64,000 bases of DNA from Amoebophrya sp. A120 (Eukaryota; Protista; Dinoflagellata), in NCBI GenBank assembly GCA_905178155.1, contig CAJINV010000017.1, positions 240,722-304,721 of the forward strand, read 5' to 3'. Below, in pieces: positions 46,901 to 61,900 of the stretch (its first letter is position 1; each line of letters starts with the position of its first letter). The notes under the pieces are model-generated. The model did no database searches and was not told the DNA's origin. It saw nothing but the letters and a program-made list of their open reading frames with translations. Made by a program: the position numbers and the translations under genes.

Positions 46901-49900
46901 AAGTCCCGAAGGGGAACTTCGATTCTCTGACTGTGCACATCAAAAACCAGCCGCCACCGTACACGAACCCGATCTTCAACTTCAAGTTTTCGCAGAACCA
47001 GCCGCCGAAGCTGACAAACATCGTGCCCAAAGCGGGGTCGGCCTTGGGCGGGACGAGGGTGTACCTGTTTGGGGAGTTACTGCACCAGAACTCCGCGAGG
47101 TTAGTGTGTCGGTTCGGGATGGCGGGGGCGAGCATGGTCGAGTGCTTGGACAACAACGCTTTGGTCTCCGGCAATCCGTTCCACTTCTCCGAGCAGAGGC
47201 AAATTTCGGGATCCGGGGAGACTGCGAAGACAGTGGACGAAATTGTCGACGCGTTGGAAAAGGAAGCGGAAGATCTGCTCTTCCCCGACGCGGTGAAAGC
47301 GAACCCGAACGAGTTCACGACGATCAACGATCTACCGATGATCAGGGGCGGCGGCGGCGCGAACGCGGGCGGCAGTTTGTCGACCCAGTCCTCCACGGCA
47401 GACTCCGGCTTTCCGCTTTGCTGGTGCTACGCGCCATCCGCCCCGGCGATCGAGATGGACGTAAGGGTGGAAGTGGGGTTTGTCGATGACATCTTCATCA
47501 CGGATAGCTTCCCATTTCGGTACACGTTACCTTTACCAAAAATCACCGAAGTCGACCCCCCGTTCGGCCGCCCCGGCACGGTTTTGAAACTCAAGTTCCA
47601 CGGTTCGCAAATGCAGCTCGGGTCTCTCGGCTACAACACGGAGGGATTGCTCGGCTTTTGCCGGTTCGGTGGGCATTTACTTTCGCCCGCGAAGTTGTAC
47701 GACGAGGAATTTTATGATTTGCAAAAGTATCGTACTAGTATAAATTGCAATGCAAATTGGCTTCGCGTTACAAATTCAATTTGTAACGCGGATTTACCTT
47801 AACAACTAGCTTTGTAATTATGCATAACTGCAATTAGTACGAGTACGATACTTCTGCACTGGATAAACTTCGCTGTACAGTGCCGGAGGGGGTCCGGCCA
47901 CCGTCGCTCAACGACGAGCCGATGGACATTTTCTTGTCTTTGGAATTCTCCGACGTGGAACTGGAGTTGCAGAAGCAGTTGACTCTAGAGCAACAATCCA
48001 GCGAAAAGGTGAAGGAGGATTACATCCGGAATTCCAGGGGCGAATTCGCGGTCACCGAGTATCAGATCGAACGAGACAACCGCGTCTTCTACCGGGTCGC
48101 AAGGAAAGCGTTTGAGGTGTCCAGCCCGCTCACCTGCAACGTAGATCTGGAAAACTACGACGACCACTTGCGGAAGGGGTATGTGCGCGTGATTGGGGAC
48201 GGCTTTCAACCGCTGTTCCACAAAACGTACATTTCGGAACTCGAGTGTGTTTTCTCCGAGGCTTTGTCAAAGGAAGTGCGGGAAGCTTGTTTGCCAATGA
48301 TGCAGGTTTCGACCTCCGTCGCGGAAAAGTACGACCACTGGCCGGACCTGCACCTAGCGCTGCAGTCGAAGAACGAGACTTGCAGGGCCGCTTTTCAGAA
48401 GAGGAGAATAGCGAGAACCGTGCCCGTGATTCAGAACAGAAGACTACTCCACTGCCCCTTACCGGAAAACCGGCAATTGCAGGGGGAGGTATTGCTGCAA
48501 CTGTCCGAAAAGCACCGGGCGAACAGTTTGATCCCTTGCTCCAGTTCGGGAAATGCCCTGATCCCGGACGGAAAATTACTTGGTGCGCCTGATTCGGAAA
48601 GGATAGAAGTCCCGGCGTTTCGACCGCTCAACATCCACATCAAGTACGAAGCAAAGATGACGACTATGCCGCAGTCGGTGCTGTTTAAAGGCACTAGCGG
48701 TGGCTACGTAAAACTCCAAATCGACGTGATTCCGGCGACGTTCGAGTACGTAGATTTCGCAAGTCCGAACAAAACGAGGAAAACTTCGTTTTCCCGACTA
48801 CTGAACAATAAGTGCATTTGGTGGCGGGAGTCCTACAACTACCCTTTTTTGGAGGAAGACCCGATCGAGTTCCAGGAACAGTCCAACATCGTGAAGTGCC
48901 GCGTGCCGAGCTTCCCCGTGCAGTTCGAGCAGGTTTTTCTCACCTTCGGCACATCGAGGAAGCACTGCACGGTTGACAGTGTTGAGAAGAAGTTCCGCCC
49001 CGACGGGACGGATGACATCCTCGTGGATTTGTTGCTCGAGGGCCAATCCGCGGATAGACACGGTGGCTCGCATTCGTTCCTCCCCGAAGACTGCACGGAC
49101 TCCGATTCGCACCAATTCAGAAAATTGGACGGAGGCTTGGTGAACGCGTTGACGAGGGAATTTGAGCTGATCCCCATTCCTGCCATCGAATCCGTCGGCC
49201 CGACGTCGACGGTGGTCGCCTCCCACGACGGGCAGGAGGGTGGCGACCCGGCGTGGAGCACGGAAGCGCAGGGACCGAACGTGATTTTTGAGCTGACGGA
49301 CCAGCTACCTTTAGAAACCGAAATGTTTTGCTCGGTGTTCGAGGAGGACCGGTTTCACCACATTGAGATCGTCTCGGCTTACCCGGCGGATTCCAGCGGG
49401 AAAAGTTTCACCTGTTCCGTCCCCGAGTCCATCCGCCGCTTCCCCGGGAAGTTCAGGAGGCAGATCTACTTCCGCCTGTCTTTAGTCCCCTGGCACGACT
49501 ACAGCTACTTTTTGATGTCGGCGGAAACGACCCGGCCGTTTGAGCTGTCTTTCGACGGACGGAAACGGCCAAAGGAGTACATGGAGGGGTCCGGCACAAA
49601 CGTGATCGGCGGCGCGATCATCTCCTTAATCCGTTCCCGGCCGGAGCACGACGGGGATCCGAACCCCGGGTTTGAGTTGAAGATCCAGAACGGGTTGGAT
49701 ACGAACCAACCGATTCCGGTGAAAGACGGGGAATTAGGCCCGAGCATTGCGTATCCGAAATTTATCGAGAAGGACAAGAAGACGTTCATTTCCGTTTCGC
49801 GGCTTTTTGTCGGGGAGGACAACCTACTCGCTGAATACCACAGGCGCGACCCGGGAAATTTCACGACCACCGCGACGATGAAGGAATACTCGCCCGCGGG

Positions 49901-52900
49901 GAGGGAACTGATGAACCGACAAGACTTGAACTACCTGATGGGCTCTCCCCACGGGATTTACTGCGAATTTTGGACCATGCGGGAGGTATGGATTGCAAAA
50001 ATGTCTGGGTCTGGAAGAATGCAACTTGTGATGCTATTTTTGGAATCTAAGAAAATCTGTATTGCATGAGCAGCAAGAGGCGTCCAGTTTTTGCTCCGCG
50101 GAGAGGGCATTTGTCATGCGGGATAGGCATCAAGATACCCGCAAAAAATCTGTCATGCTAGGTCACACATTACAGGCATCATAGCCCATGCGAAATATGC
50201 ATGACAAACCTGTGTGTGTTCCGGCTACTCCGGATCGCAATCGATGGAGGGCGGGACGTGCACCGGCGACAGGCGCTACCCAACCAACCAACCAAACCTG
50301 GAAATCTTCCAGACCCAGACATTTTTCCAGTTGATAGGAGGTGCCGCAGAACGACACGAGGGAGTTCAACACGACCTTTTGGTACGAAAGAGTCGACGCG
50401 TTGGTCGCGTCCGCGACGACGGTCCTCTGTGACGCGATCTCCTGGCCGGTGGCGCCGCAGAAAATCTACGTGAAGGTGATCCCCGGGTTTGCGACGAGTT
50501 TTGTCACAGTGGTTGGTACTGAAGACGACAAGAGAATAACCAGGCAGATCTACTCGCCCGATTCGACTGACACGAGCTACATCGACCTGTTTTCGCCCGC
50601 GGCGGCGGCGTTGGAGAGCAAAGTGGACGACGGGGTGATGAGGAAAACCACGCTTTCCGGGACGGAGCTGGAGGAACTGCAGAAGAAAACGCTTTTCCAG
50701 GAAACCAAACTCACCTTCGTCCACCCACCGGCGATCTTCGCCGGGACGCAAAAAAAGCAGGAAGTCTTCGGGTTTGGGATAAACTTTCCCCAGGAGGACT
50801 ACCGGGTCAGGTCGCAGTACAGCTTGATCAGGCAAGATGCGGGGGGGATCAGTGAGATCGAGTACACAGAAGTGTACACTTGCGTTTTCCATTCGCCCTA
50901 CACGATCGGCGCGAATAGTACGAGGAGGGAGAACATCGAGAACGAAGAGTACAGCAACAAGCAGATTCTGCCGGCAGATTTGGCAGAGTTGAACTCGAAA
51001 TTGAATGTATCTCTCGGTGACGCGTTCGTCGACCACGGCGTGAAGACGGGTGTGTTGCAGAAAAGAAAAACCTCGCCCGCTTATCGCATCAATTCTGGAC
51101 TTATGCACAGAAAAAAACCCATCCACATCCAATTTGTCATGCAAAACATACATAAAATTCTTTGTTTGTCATGCAAAAATGGATGTGGATGGTTTTTTTT
51201 CTGTGGATAGGACTCCTCTCCTGCGGCCCGGCGCCGGACGGGTACGAACTGGGTGCGTTCTTCGGCATGGCAGTGAAGTTCGGCGCGCGGACCATTTACA
51301 ACGACATGAGAGTCTACGACGATTTCAACGTGGGTCTCTCTATCTACTACGGCGAAACTTTGATCGGCGAGGCGACTTTGACCTATTTGAATGCGGCCAA
51401 GGAGACAATCAGGATTCCGAAAAAGGTGGAATTCGACATGAAGGGGCCTTCCGGCGCGAACGGGGTGACGAAGGCGGAGATCCGGGTGGAGAGGGTCGGG
51501 GAGTATTCCAACATCAACTCGATGATCTACGGCCAGAGTGCGGGGAAGTTCGCGGATCCGATTTTCTACACGCACTGCGGCATTGAGACCAAGTCGGAGG
51601 TGTTTGAAGATGGGATTGTCAGTTTCCTCGGCACGAAGCAGATCTTGTGTGAGCTCTACGGTGTGACGAAACATTTAGTAGGCACGTTCTTCGTCCGCGC
51701 GGGGAAAACGGATTTGATCCCGCCGACGGAGATGGAATTGGAGCCCGCTTCGGCGATCACGCGCAGTCTGAAGAAACATCTAAATGTGGTGGTCGTTCCC
51801 GGGGCGAGCCCGGTCCCCTTCCGGTGGGATGAGACGAACACTAATGACAAGTTGGGGCTAGCCAGTGAAAGACAGTTGAAGTACGACAGAGCGCTCTTAG
51901 ATGGGAACAAATGGTTCGACCCGTTGGCGGCTGCGAATCAAACTATCAGCTACCCGGACGGTGTTGTTTCCAACGAGTACAGAACCCGGCACTTCGCCTA
52001 CAGCTACGATTACCCGAGTGGGGAATTGAGTGAAGAACTGCCGTTGAAAAAGTGTCTTTTCCGGCTAAAAACGCACGCGATACGAGGGACTTTTATCGAT
52101 GCGCCGGTGTTCGAATACCCGGCAATCCCACTGCTAGCTGAGCAGAAGTACGCGTGTGCGAACGACGGGTGGAGCAACGTGGAGAATATGCCAAACAACT
52201 ACACTTTGCAGCTCCCCTACTACGGTTTGTACGAAGCAGACTTAGTAGATCAAAACGCAGATTCCGCTGCGGTGTTTGGGAGTAAGAACTTGATTTTCGT
52301 CACGAAGAAATGGCAGCTAGATTCGATCGAGCCAAACGTGATCAACGTGATGCAGCAGCCGTTCATTTCCGGAAAGTCCGGCGCCTTGGTGTACCCGGAG
52401 ATGCGGATCACGACCAACGGGCTGCAGCAGGCGTTGTCCTCTTCTCTGTCTACCTCCGCGACGATTTCTGACTTGCCAACCCTCGCGAACAGCTTGTCCT
52501 GCGCGTTTCGCCTGTTCAACCGGTTCGGAGGGTCGACCGGGTCAACGGGGTTCTACGGGAATTTGCTGGCACGGACCCCGATCCGGATCGTTTCGGACAC
52601 GGAACTCACCTGTCCTTTACCCTTACGGAAGTTGGAAGATGTGACCAGAGTTCCGGGGCAAATCGAAGACTACGTGACAGCTTCCATGAAACCGGACGAC
52701 GACAACAAAATCGGGTGGCAATTGGAAGTGGCGGAGTTCGACACGGCGGTGTTGCTGCAAGCGACTTTAACCCTGTTCAAACCCCCACAGCCGACCCATC
52801 TGTACCCAGCACGGACGCACTTGAACCAGCTGAACGGCGTGAAGATTTTTTTCACAAAACCCGACTCAATCAAATGGGTCGACACCGACATTGCCAAGAT

Positions 52901-55900
52901 GACCACGTACTGTCGTGTCCGAGACCCGGCGTCCGGGGTTTCAAGGACTTACTTCGTGAAAGAAATCCGTCATGACGAGTTTCTCTGCATGTTCGCGGAG
53001 GCATTTAAGGTGGGAGATTTGGAAGTATCGATCGAGTCGATCACGGGGTTAAGATCCGGGTCGGTTACTTTATCGGTCCTTCCGCCTTTGATCGCCGCGA
53101 CGAGCTTTGCGGTGACCGCGGGGAACAAGGGAACGAAGTCGAGCACCAATTTCGCGACCGGAAGAGTGGAGAGCCTGGCGATGCGGCACTTCCAACCATT
53201 GAAGAGAAGCCCGCCGGTGGACCGAGGCGCGAGATCGTACGCGAAAGCGGATCCGGTTGCGGTAACGATCGTGACGCCGGAATTTTCCTCTCGTTCAAAC
53301 GCGGACAGTGGGAAAATCCTGGTCCCGTCGGAGTACAAGCCGAACAACGCGGTTTTCCAACAGGTGGAAACCTTGCTCGAGACGGAAAAGTACCCGCGGA
53401 GGTGCTTTCTCGACGGGATCGAGGTCCCGATGTCGGAAGACGGAATTGCGACGTGCGAAATCCCGATCTTCGGCGACTCGTGGGGCTCGGATATCCCGCT
53501 GAAGAGGACGGCGAAGTACGAGTTTGAGAAGAGGAAGAAGGGGCGGAAAGAAGCGGAAAATATCGACTACAGTTACTTAACACTATCCCCCCACGCGGAC
53601 GTGAACGCGAAGAACGCGGACGCGGTCATCCCTCTGCCGAAAGCGGTGGCGCCGTATCGCATTTGAAAACGTCCCCACCCCAGAGCTGTAATGCAAATCT
53701 GCATGCTAAAAATGTTTCTCATGCGGAGCCCCATGAGAAGCATTGCGTAGGCGTGTTTTGGAATTTGTCATGCTCTAATCAGCATGATATACTAGATCTG
53801 TGATGCTACTTAAGTACCTCAAACAGCACTACACTACGAGTCCAAATTTGTCATGCAAGATAGCCAAATTTTGTGGACTTGTCCAGCCGATTTCCCATCT
53901 TGACTATGGGGTGGGGACGTTTTTACATAGGATACGCCCTTAGGATTGTCTATCCGGGATGAGTATCCTGTGCAAAAGTACCGTATTCGTATTAATTGCG
54001 TTTATGCATTACAAATCCAGCTCCTAAAGCAAATCCGCATTACAAATTAAATTTGTAATGCTAATACAATTTGTAATGCAATTTATACTAGTACGATACT
54101 TTTGCAGTTCATAATGAGGACAATCTCGGGAACAATGCGCGCTTCATCTCCCAGTGCGATCCGGATAGTGAACTCTCTCCCTTCTACCAGCAGGAATTCA
54201 ATTACTCCGCGACGACGCACGCTCCCTACGTCCCGCCGTGCACCAGCAACCGGATCCGGTCGGGGATGAACCAATTTATCAAGCTCCGCGCCGAGGGGCT
54301 CACGGGGAGTAGGCATTTGCAGGGAACGTTGTACTGCAAATCCGATGCGAACCCGATAACGGAGGGCTTTTCCTCGACGGGTCTGGGGTTGGCCACGACG
54401 TTTTCTCCGATCAGGGAGGCGAAAATCCGCGGCGCGAAGGATTTAGATTGTGGATTGCTCCAAACGCGGAAAATCAGAGGCGTGCAGGTCTTGACGGTGA
54501 CCTCCGGCAGCACAGTTGGCGGCTTCACCAGCAACGGAGCGGTGGCGGTCCGGGTCGCGCCGATGAGCTCGTTTGCTACATTCCCGCAGAAAAACTTCTT
54601 CGGCACAACCTTACGCTATCGGTTCCCTCCGCGGCAGCCTCAGTTTCAACTTCATGGAAGGGAAATCGGTGAAATTGTCAACCCTTACTGCAAGTTCACG
54701 ATCCCGCGAACTTTGAAGGAGCAGGCCGCGTTCGGGCAGAGCAACTACTACGAGACGGAGAGCCGATTTATCGTGGTCGAGGGGACGACGCTGACGACCT
54801 ACCCAAGGGGGTCCGCCCACGGGGTGAGGTGCCAACTACCGGAACTGTATGAGTACGACAGTCAGCTGCGGTCGAAAAACGTGTACCACTTGAACGTTTT
54901 TGACGAACGTGCGAACAAAATCTTTCAGCAGGACGAGGGTAGTGGTCTGCGTCTAGAAGATTTGAACAACCGAAATTTCCAGTTCAAATTGAACCCAATT
55001 TCCCAAGAAGCGTCAGGCTTAGTCTTCCCGGAACGCGCGAGGTCGGAGTTGTTTTTCGAGTTCACGAACAGCGAGTTGCCGAAGAATTTCGACTTGGACA
55101 GCTTACTACCCGCGGTCGGCGCCTCCGCCTGCATCTTTTGCAACGGGGAGCGGACGCAGGCGAAAATCCAGTTTTTGCACAACAAGCCGGTCATCGCCTG
55201 CCCGACACCGAGTCTGAATTTGGAGGCGTGGGTCCAGTGCCCGGTGAAGGTGTCTTTGGACGGGGTGAATATTCTCTTCGAGTCCAGGCCGCAGGCGGCG
55301 AGGTTGAAAGCCGCGAAGTTGACGGAGACGTTCTTCGACATGGCAAGCGACTCGGACGAACTGTCCTGGCGCATGGAATTTCCGGCATATAACACCTGGA
55401 TTGTGGGGAGGACACTGGCAGAATCCGGGGTCAATATCGTGAACGAGACCAACACCGAGGTGCAGTGCACCTTCCGGCCCGCGGAGTTGAAAACGGCTTC
55501 TACTGGTGGCGGAATCTACTCCCGGGAGGAAATTCTCACCCCGAAAAGCACGAAGCTCACGCCGGGAGCTTTCCCTATGCGAACCAGAGGGTACGTGGCG
55601 AGCAATTTCCGGACGGAGGACAACCGGCAGATCCTCGTGGTGAAGTGCCCGGTGCCGGCGATCAGCGGGTTCTTTACGACCTGGCAAAGCAGTTCGCTGT
55701 ACTGCAGCTTGGATTTGCAGTACTCGGGCTTCGTCAGGCTCCCCGCACCCGCGCCGCTCCTCCTCCGCTCCGTCCGCGAGCCGAAGTTCTTCGCGCTTTC
55801 CCCGAAGCAGGCGTTTGCGAACGTGGTGAACCAAAAGGTGAACATATCCTGAGTAAAAACGTACCCACACCAGAGTCAGGATGGGGATTTTGCAACACAA

Positions 55901-58900
55901 ACCTAGGAGCTTTCTGAGTCACGCATGACAAGTTGCGCTCCGCAGTCTAGTGCAGGTTAGCAAGTGCAGCCGCATCACAGATTCATCTCCTCATCCTGTT
56001 CACAGCATCACAAATTCCAAAACACGATTGGGAATGGCTCTCATGCGGATGCGCATTACAAGTCTTCCTGTCTTTGCAAATCTGCATTACAACTCTGGCG
56101 TGGGTACGTTTTTACTCAGGATAGAACATCCTCGGCGACAACTTCCCCGACGTGCCGGGCGGGCGGATTTTCATCGCTTTGGGCGTGAAAGCGAGCAACA
56201 TCACCCACCGGGCGCCCTCCACTTCCGCGGTTGCAAGTCAGAAAAAAGCGGCGGACGATGTGGAGGATCCGAACACGGTCTATCACAACGCTAATTGGCG
56301 AAACAACACCGCGCCCTGCGAGTGGCGAGCCAGCATGATCTTGGCGTGTAATCTCCCGGCAGTAGTGGACTCCAACGGCGGCGCCTACCCGGTGTATCTT
56401 TCCTTCTCCGGGGGCGGTAGGGAGTTGGCCGAGGGGAACGGATTGAAGTACACGGGGCTGACGCTGGATCTAGTCCCCGAGCCGTTGTTGAAGTCGTTAT
56501 TCTATGCGGGGTCGAACTTTGTCAACATGCGGCTCCATTCCGGCGAGGATTACATGAACAGCAATCGGTTTTTCTACCGCACGGTGCACGGCTTGTCGTG
56601 TTACCTCGGTAGTGAGAAACTCCTCACCCGGGTGATCACGAACCCGCCCGGGATCCAGTGCTTATTACCCGGGATGCCGGACGTCCAGGCGAACTCGGTG
56701 CAGCGGCTGAAGGCGAAGGAGGCACTGCGCGCGTTGAACATCGCGAGTCGGGATCAACAGGTGTACGAGATCCAAAAGCCGTACTTGCTGTCTTTACGTG
56801 CCTACCCAGGGATCCGGTCCACCGGGCAGCCGGACTTGATGGACTACCCGTCGGAAAACTACGAAGACACGAAGAACTTCAAGGCGTTCGTGGAGAGATC
56901 GTTGCAGGATTGGAACAACCGGATCCCCATCATTTCCGCCGACCCGAGCTTCGACCCCACGGTGAAACTATCGGACACGTTTCAACTCCGCATGCCGGAT
57001 TTGCGGTCGGGGCTGATCGTCCCCTACGTGTCCGAAGCACGGATCCACGCGTTGATTCCCCTATCAAATGCAAAGGTGTCTGGGTCTGGAAGGTTGGAGC
57101 TTGTGATGCTAACTTTGGACTCGGAAAGATTCTGTATTGCATGTTCAGCAAGAGGGGTCTAGTTTGTGCTACGCGGGGAGGGCATTTGTCATGCGGAATA
57201 GGCATCAGGAAGCCCTCTAAAAATCTGTGATGCTAGGTCATGCATTACACACATCCTGGGTCATGTGAAATATGCATGACAAACCCGGCAACATTCCAGA
57301 CCCAGACACATTTGCATTTGATATCCCCAGGCGTTTTACAACATCCGCGTCGAGTCCGGCTACACGCAGACGCCCTTCGCGAACGCTATGGGAGGTGTCA
57401 GGATCGAAATCGACAAAATCGAAAAATTTGTGATGCGTAAAATGTAGGGCACGGAGGGCCTGTATTGGGGAGCCGGAAAATGGGGCAGATTGTAAGCCTG
57501 TTTAGGAGTATGCAATGTGCTGCCAGAGTAGCATGACAGGAGCAGTCTTCTTCGCCCAAACAGCATGACAGACTGGATTTGGGTTCTCCCGAAATTTCTC
57601 ATGCGTCACTTGGAAACTGTCTCCAACTGGCATCGATTTTGTGCATCACAAATTTTTCGACTTTGTCAATTTCGATGCTCACGCTTCCATAAACGCGGAC
57701 GGCACGACCACGACGCTCTGGTCGGTCGACAGTCAGAAAACGTTGTTGCTCCAAGGGATCAGCCGACCTTCTTATGTCAAAGTCGTCGGCTCCGGTCTGG
57801 GCCCGCGGATGCGGTGCGAGTTTCAGGACCAGGACACGGGGAGGCGGGTGATCTCCGCCAGTGTGATCGCCACAGAGGTGCCGACTGCTCTGTACTGCGA
57901 AGTGCCGCAGATTGTCGTCGACGCCATCAGCGCGAACGACGCGGCGTCGAGCAGCACGTATCCCACGAAAAAAGTGTTACAGTTACACATTTGTAGCTAA
58001 TTCAGCAACACAAATTTCCCGTGTATGAGAGAGAAAACTTGTAATGCAGAAATCCTACGGGAAAACACCTATGAAACGAGGCTCCTATGCATATCCGGCA
58101 TGACAAAGGTTGCCTGTCTTGCTTGTTTCGCGAACACAATGTGTAACTGTAACACTTTTTTCTTGCGATAGCACGGGCGGGTCGTCCAGTAGCTCGGGGC
58201 AACGGGAATTGTTCTCGAAACTCTACGCGGTGAGATTAGTTTCGGAGGAGGGGGCGAACGGGCTGGTGATCTACGACAGGCAGGTGTTCCGCATGTCCCT
58301 GCAGGAGCAGCCGTCGTTGACCAGCTTTTACCCAAAGTCCGGCGCGGTTTTGGACCCCGCGATTTTGATCACGATCTACGGGTCGAACTTTCCGTACGGG
58401 GATATCGCGCTGGACCAGAAATTCACGCTCGCCGCGCGAGGTGCGCTGTGCAAAGTCGGGGACAATCCGAGAAGAGCGGAGAGCGGGAAAGGGCCGTATT
58501 TGACGGAGGCGAAAGTGGGTTTGTTCACCGCGGAGATTCTGTCGCCGGGGATCCTCCAGTGCAACATCACGGGGACGTTTACTGGTGGTCACAGTTTCGG
58601 CGTTTCCTTTGATGGGATGAATTTCATCCAATTTGACGAAGAGTTCCATTTCGTCCAACACGACCACAAAGTCTCGCCGGAGCGGGGAATCGCGGCGAAA
58701 CTCGAGTTTCTCGGGTTACAGATCCCGTTCAAGGGCTTGTACGACGGTGGCGACCCGCAGCCGTTCTGCGACGTGTATGATTCGTTGAATCTGTACTCCT
58801 ATTATGCAATACAAATTTCCCGTACATGTACAAGGTGCATCACAAATTTCACCAATTTGGAGCGTAACACTTGTCATGCTAAACTAGGATCGGAGCCAAG

Positions 58901-61900
58901 TTTTGTCATGCAGCGGCCGCATTTGTACGTGTACGGGAAATTTACAGTGGATACCTATTCTACGCCCGCAGAGTTCGGCCGGCCGCAGGCGGACAAGATT
59001 CTCGAGGGCGCGGAGGACTACACGAAGGCAACGTGTCAATTGGATAGGGAGAACGTCACCGCGGTGCAACTCCACTTGGCGACAGTCGGGCCGCTGACGG
59101 AAAAGGTGTACTTCTCAACACTGTTGGTGCCGCAAGTCACTTTCGTTAAGCCTGCGACAATTTCGGAGAAGGGTGGCGCGGCGCTTTTTGTGTCCGGGAA
59201 GTTTTCCCCGACAGAGATCAATTTATGGAGAGAGAAAAAGACCCGTTTGAGGCCCGTCCAACTTGTGGTCATGGAAAACATGCATTAGTAGAGCCCGTGT
59301 TTGTAGTCATGCAACAGTTCTTGGATGGGGATCATCATGCTGGGTCCTCTTTTGTTGTCAATACAACCGCGAAATTTACTACTACTGTTGGTTCTCACAC
59401 TCGCCGCAGTTGAACGGAGATCCGTATTACAGCTCGGTCTATTTCCAGAACGACACCACCGCGGTGTGCGAGGCGCCGCCCGGCCCGAGCATGCGGGTGA
59501 GGCTGAGGACAGAGACGGGGATATCCTGTGTAAAAACGTCCCCACACCATAGTTGTCATGCAACTCTGCATGCTTAAAATGTTTCTCATGCGGAGCCCCA
59601 TGAGAAGCATTTTCCAATGCGGTTTGGAAATCTATAATGCGCCAATCAGCATGAGATACTAGATCTGTAATGCTGCTTAGCTAGCTCAAACAGCACTACA
59701 CTACGCGTCCAAATTTGTCATGCGAAACAGCCAAAGCTTATGGATTTGTCTAGCGGATTTCCCATCGTGACTCTGGTGTGGGGACACTTTTGCTCAGGAT
59801 AGGGGACTCTGTCCAACACGGTGGACATGTACATCGCGGCCAGTTACACGCCTATTCCTATCCTGAGCAAAAACGTCCCCGCCTCAGACTCAAGTTGGTA
59901 AATCTGCAACACAAATCTCTAAGGTCTAGGAGTTGCGCATGACAAGTTTCCATCTGCAGTGTGGCGCTGGGTAGCAAGGGAAGCTGCATGAGAAACCCAC
60001 TTATTTCTCATCCTGTTCACAGCATTACAAATGTCAAAACACGATTGGAAATAATCCCTGTCATGGAGATGGGCATTACAAATCTTTATGTCATGGCGGA
60101 TTTGCATCACAACTATGGGGTGGGGACGTTTTTACACAGGATAATTCCGATGTACAGTTTGAAACTGAACTACGTCCCGGACCCCCAGGTCAACTACACT
60201 TTCCCGTACCTGGGGCACACGGGCGGCGACGAGCCCATCGCTTTAGTCGGGATGGACTTCTTACCGGAGGAGACTTACCGATTGCAGGTCGGGCAAAGGA
60301 CGGTCCCCTGCGACTACCGGTCGGACGTCTTGCTCACCTGCGTCACGCCCGCGGCGGAGGAATTCAAGCAGTCGAATGAGCGGACCATTTCCGAAAGGAT
60401 CAAGTTCACAAACGACACACCATTCGAGGCGAACAACTACACCATTCAGTACACGCCCTACAACTTAGACCGGATCGGGAACAAGGCACCTTTGGGCGTT
60501 TCCTTCAACGGCGGGTTTGCGTATTACAGTTTGATGAACAACTTTTTGGAGTATTTCGACCGCGTCATCGAGCAGGATGGCGCGACGGTGATGGAATATT
60601 CCGTCCCCGATATCGGAGAAACGTTCATCGGTTTACCCGGCGTTGGTAGGCGAGGGCCGAACGTGGCGAATCTGTCAAACAATTCCGCGTTGATCAATGA
60701 GGAGATTATTTGCGATTTTGGCAGGGATCGCGCTTTCCCCGTGTTCGTCAACGGGAGCTACACGATTTGCCCAACCAGGTACTACGCCGCGGCCGCGTCG
60801 AGGTATTTCCGCGTCTTGGATTTGGCGCACGAGGGATTTCAGCTGACGCCAACTTTTCTGCTCCAAACCGCGCCCGGTTTCGACGTGGTGGATGTCCACC
60901 CTCTGGCAATTCCCACCTACAACACCTCCTTCCGGGTCGCTTTTCGGCAGGGCGCGGGCTCCGCGACGGCTTGCCGATTAGGAGACTTCATCGCGGTTTT
61001 GCGGTCCGGGAATTCGATGGTGCAAACCGGGGATATCTACGTCCGGAAGGACACTTTTGATCCTACCGCGTCCGTCGACGTGTTGATTTGCGAGATTGAA
61101 ACCATGAACGAAGGGACTTTTGGTCTGCAGATCGAATGGGAGGGAACCGGGCAGTACATTGACACGGGCGTCATCATCGAGGTGTACAACCGCGCGATTG
61201 TGAACGAAATCATCCCGGATTACGCGTATCAGGGACTGAACCAAACCGATCTGCTGAGGCCGAAAATCGCAGCGGAAATCGTGAACGCGATACGGGAATC
61301 TTCTCTCGCCGCTCGGGAGGAATTGTTAGCGGATCACTATGTGTTGCAGCTTTACGGGTCCTTCCCCTACAAGTACAACTTCTTCGAGGTGTCCCAGTGC
61401 AGCATTGGCCGGCACTACGTGAAAGGGCTGATTTTGTCCCCGACCAAAGCTCTTTGCTACGTGCCGAGCAGCCTTCTGTTCGAATTGGGCCCGATGGAGG
61501 TGACCTTTTTCGCGAACGGGGTGCACGCGAACGAGAGGAATTTGCACATCAACGAGTTCACGGGGATCGGGCAGTATTTGGATGTTTTAACCGTCGTCCC
61601 GCCCCTGACCGTGACGAAATTGCCTGAGTACAAAACCGCGTGGCCGGGGTCGAGCTTGATTTTTGAGTTGCTCGGGGCCTTTGACAGCAATTTTATCGAC
61701 TTGGTTCTACTCCCAGAAAGGTACTGGAACAGCACGATGGAGTATCACGAGAAAAAAGTGTTACAGTTACACATTTGTTGGAGTTTCTGCATCACAAATT
61801 TTCTCTGTGTGGCAGAGAAAACTTGTAATGCGAAGATCATAAGGGAAAACAGGAAGGAAAAGAGGCTCGGAAGCATTTCCTGCATGAGAAAGGTTGTCTC

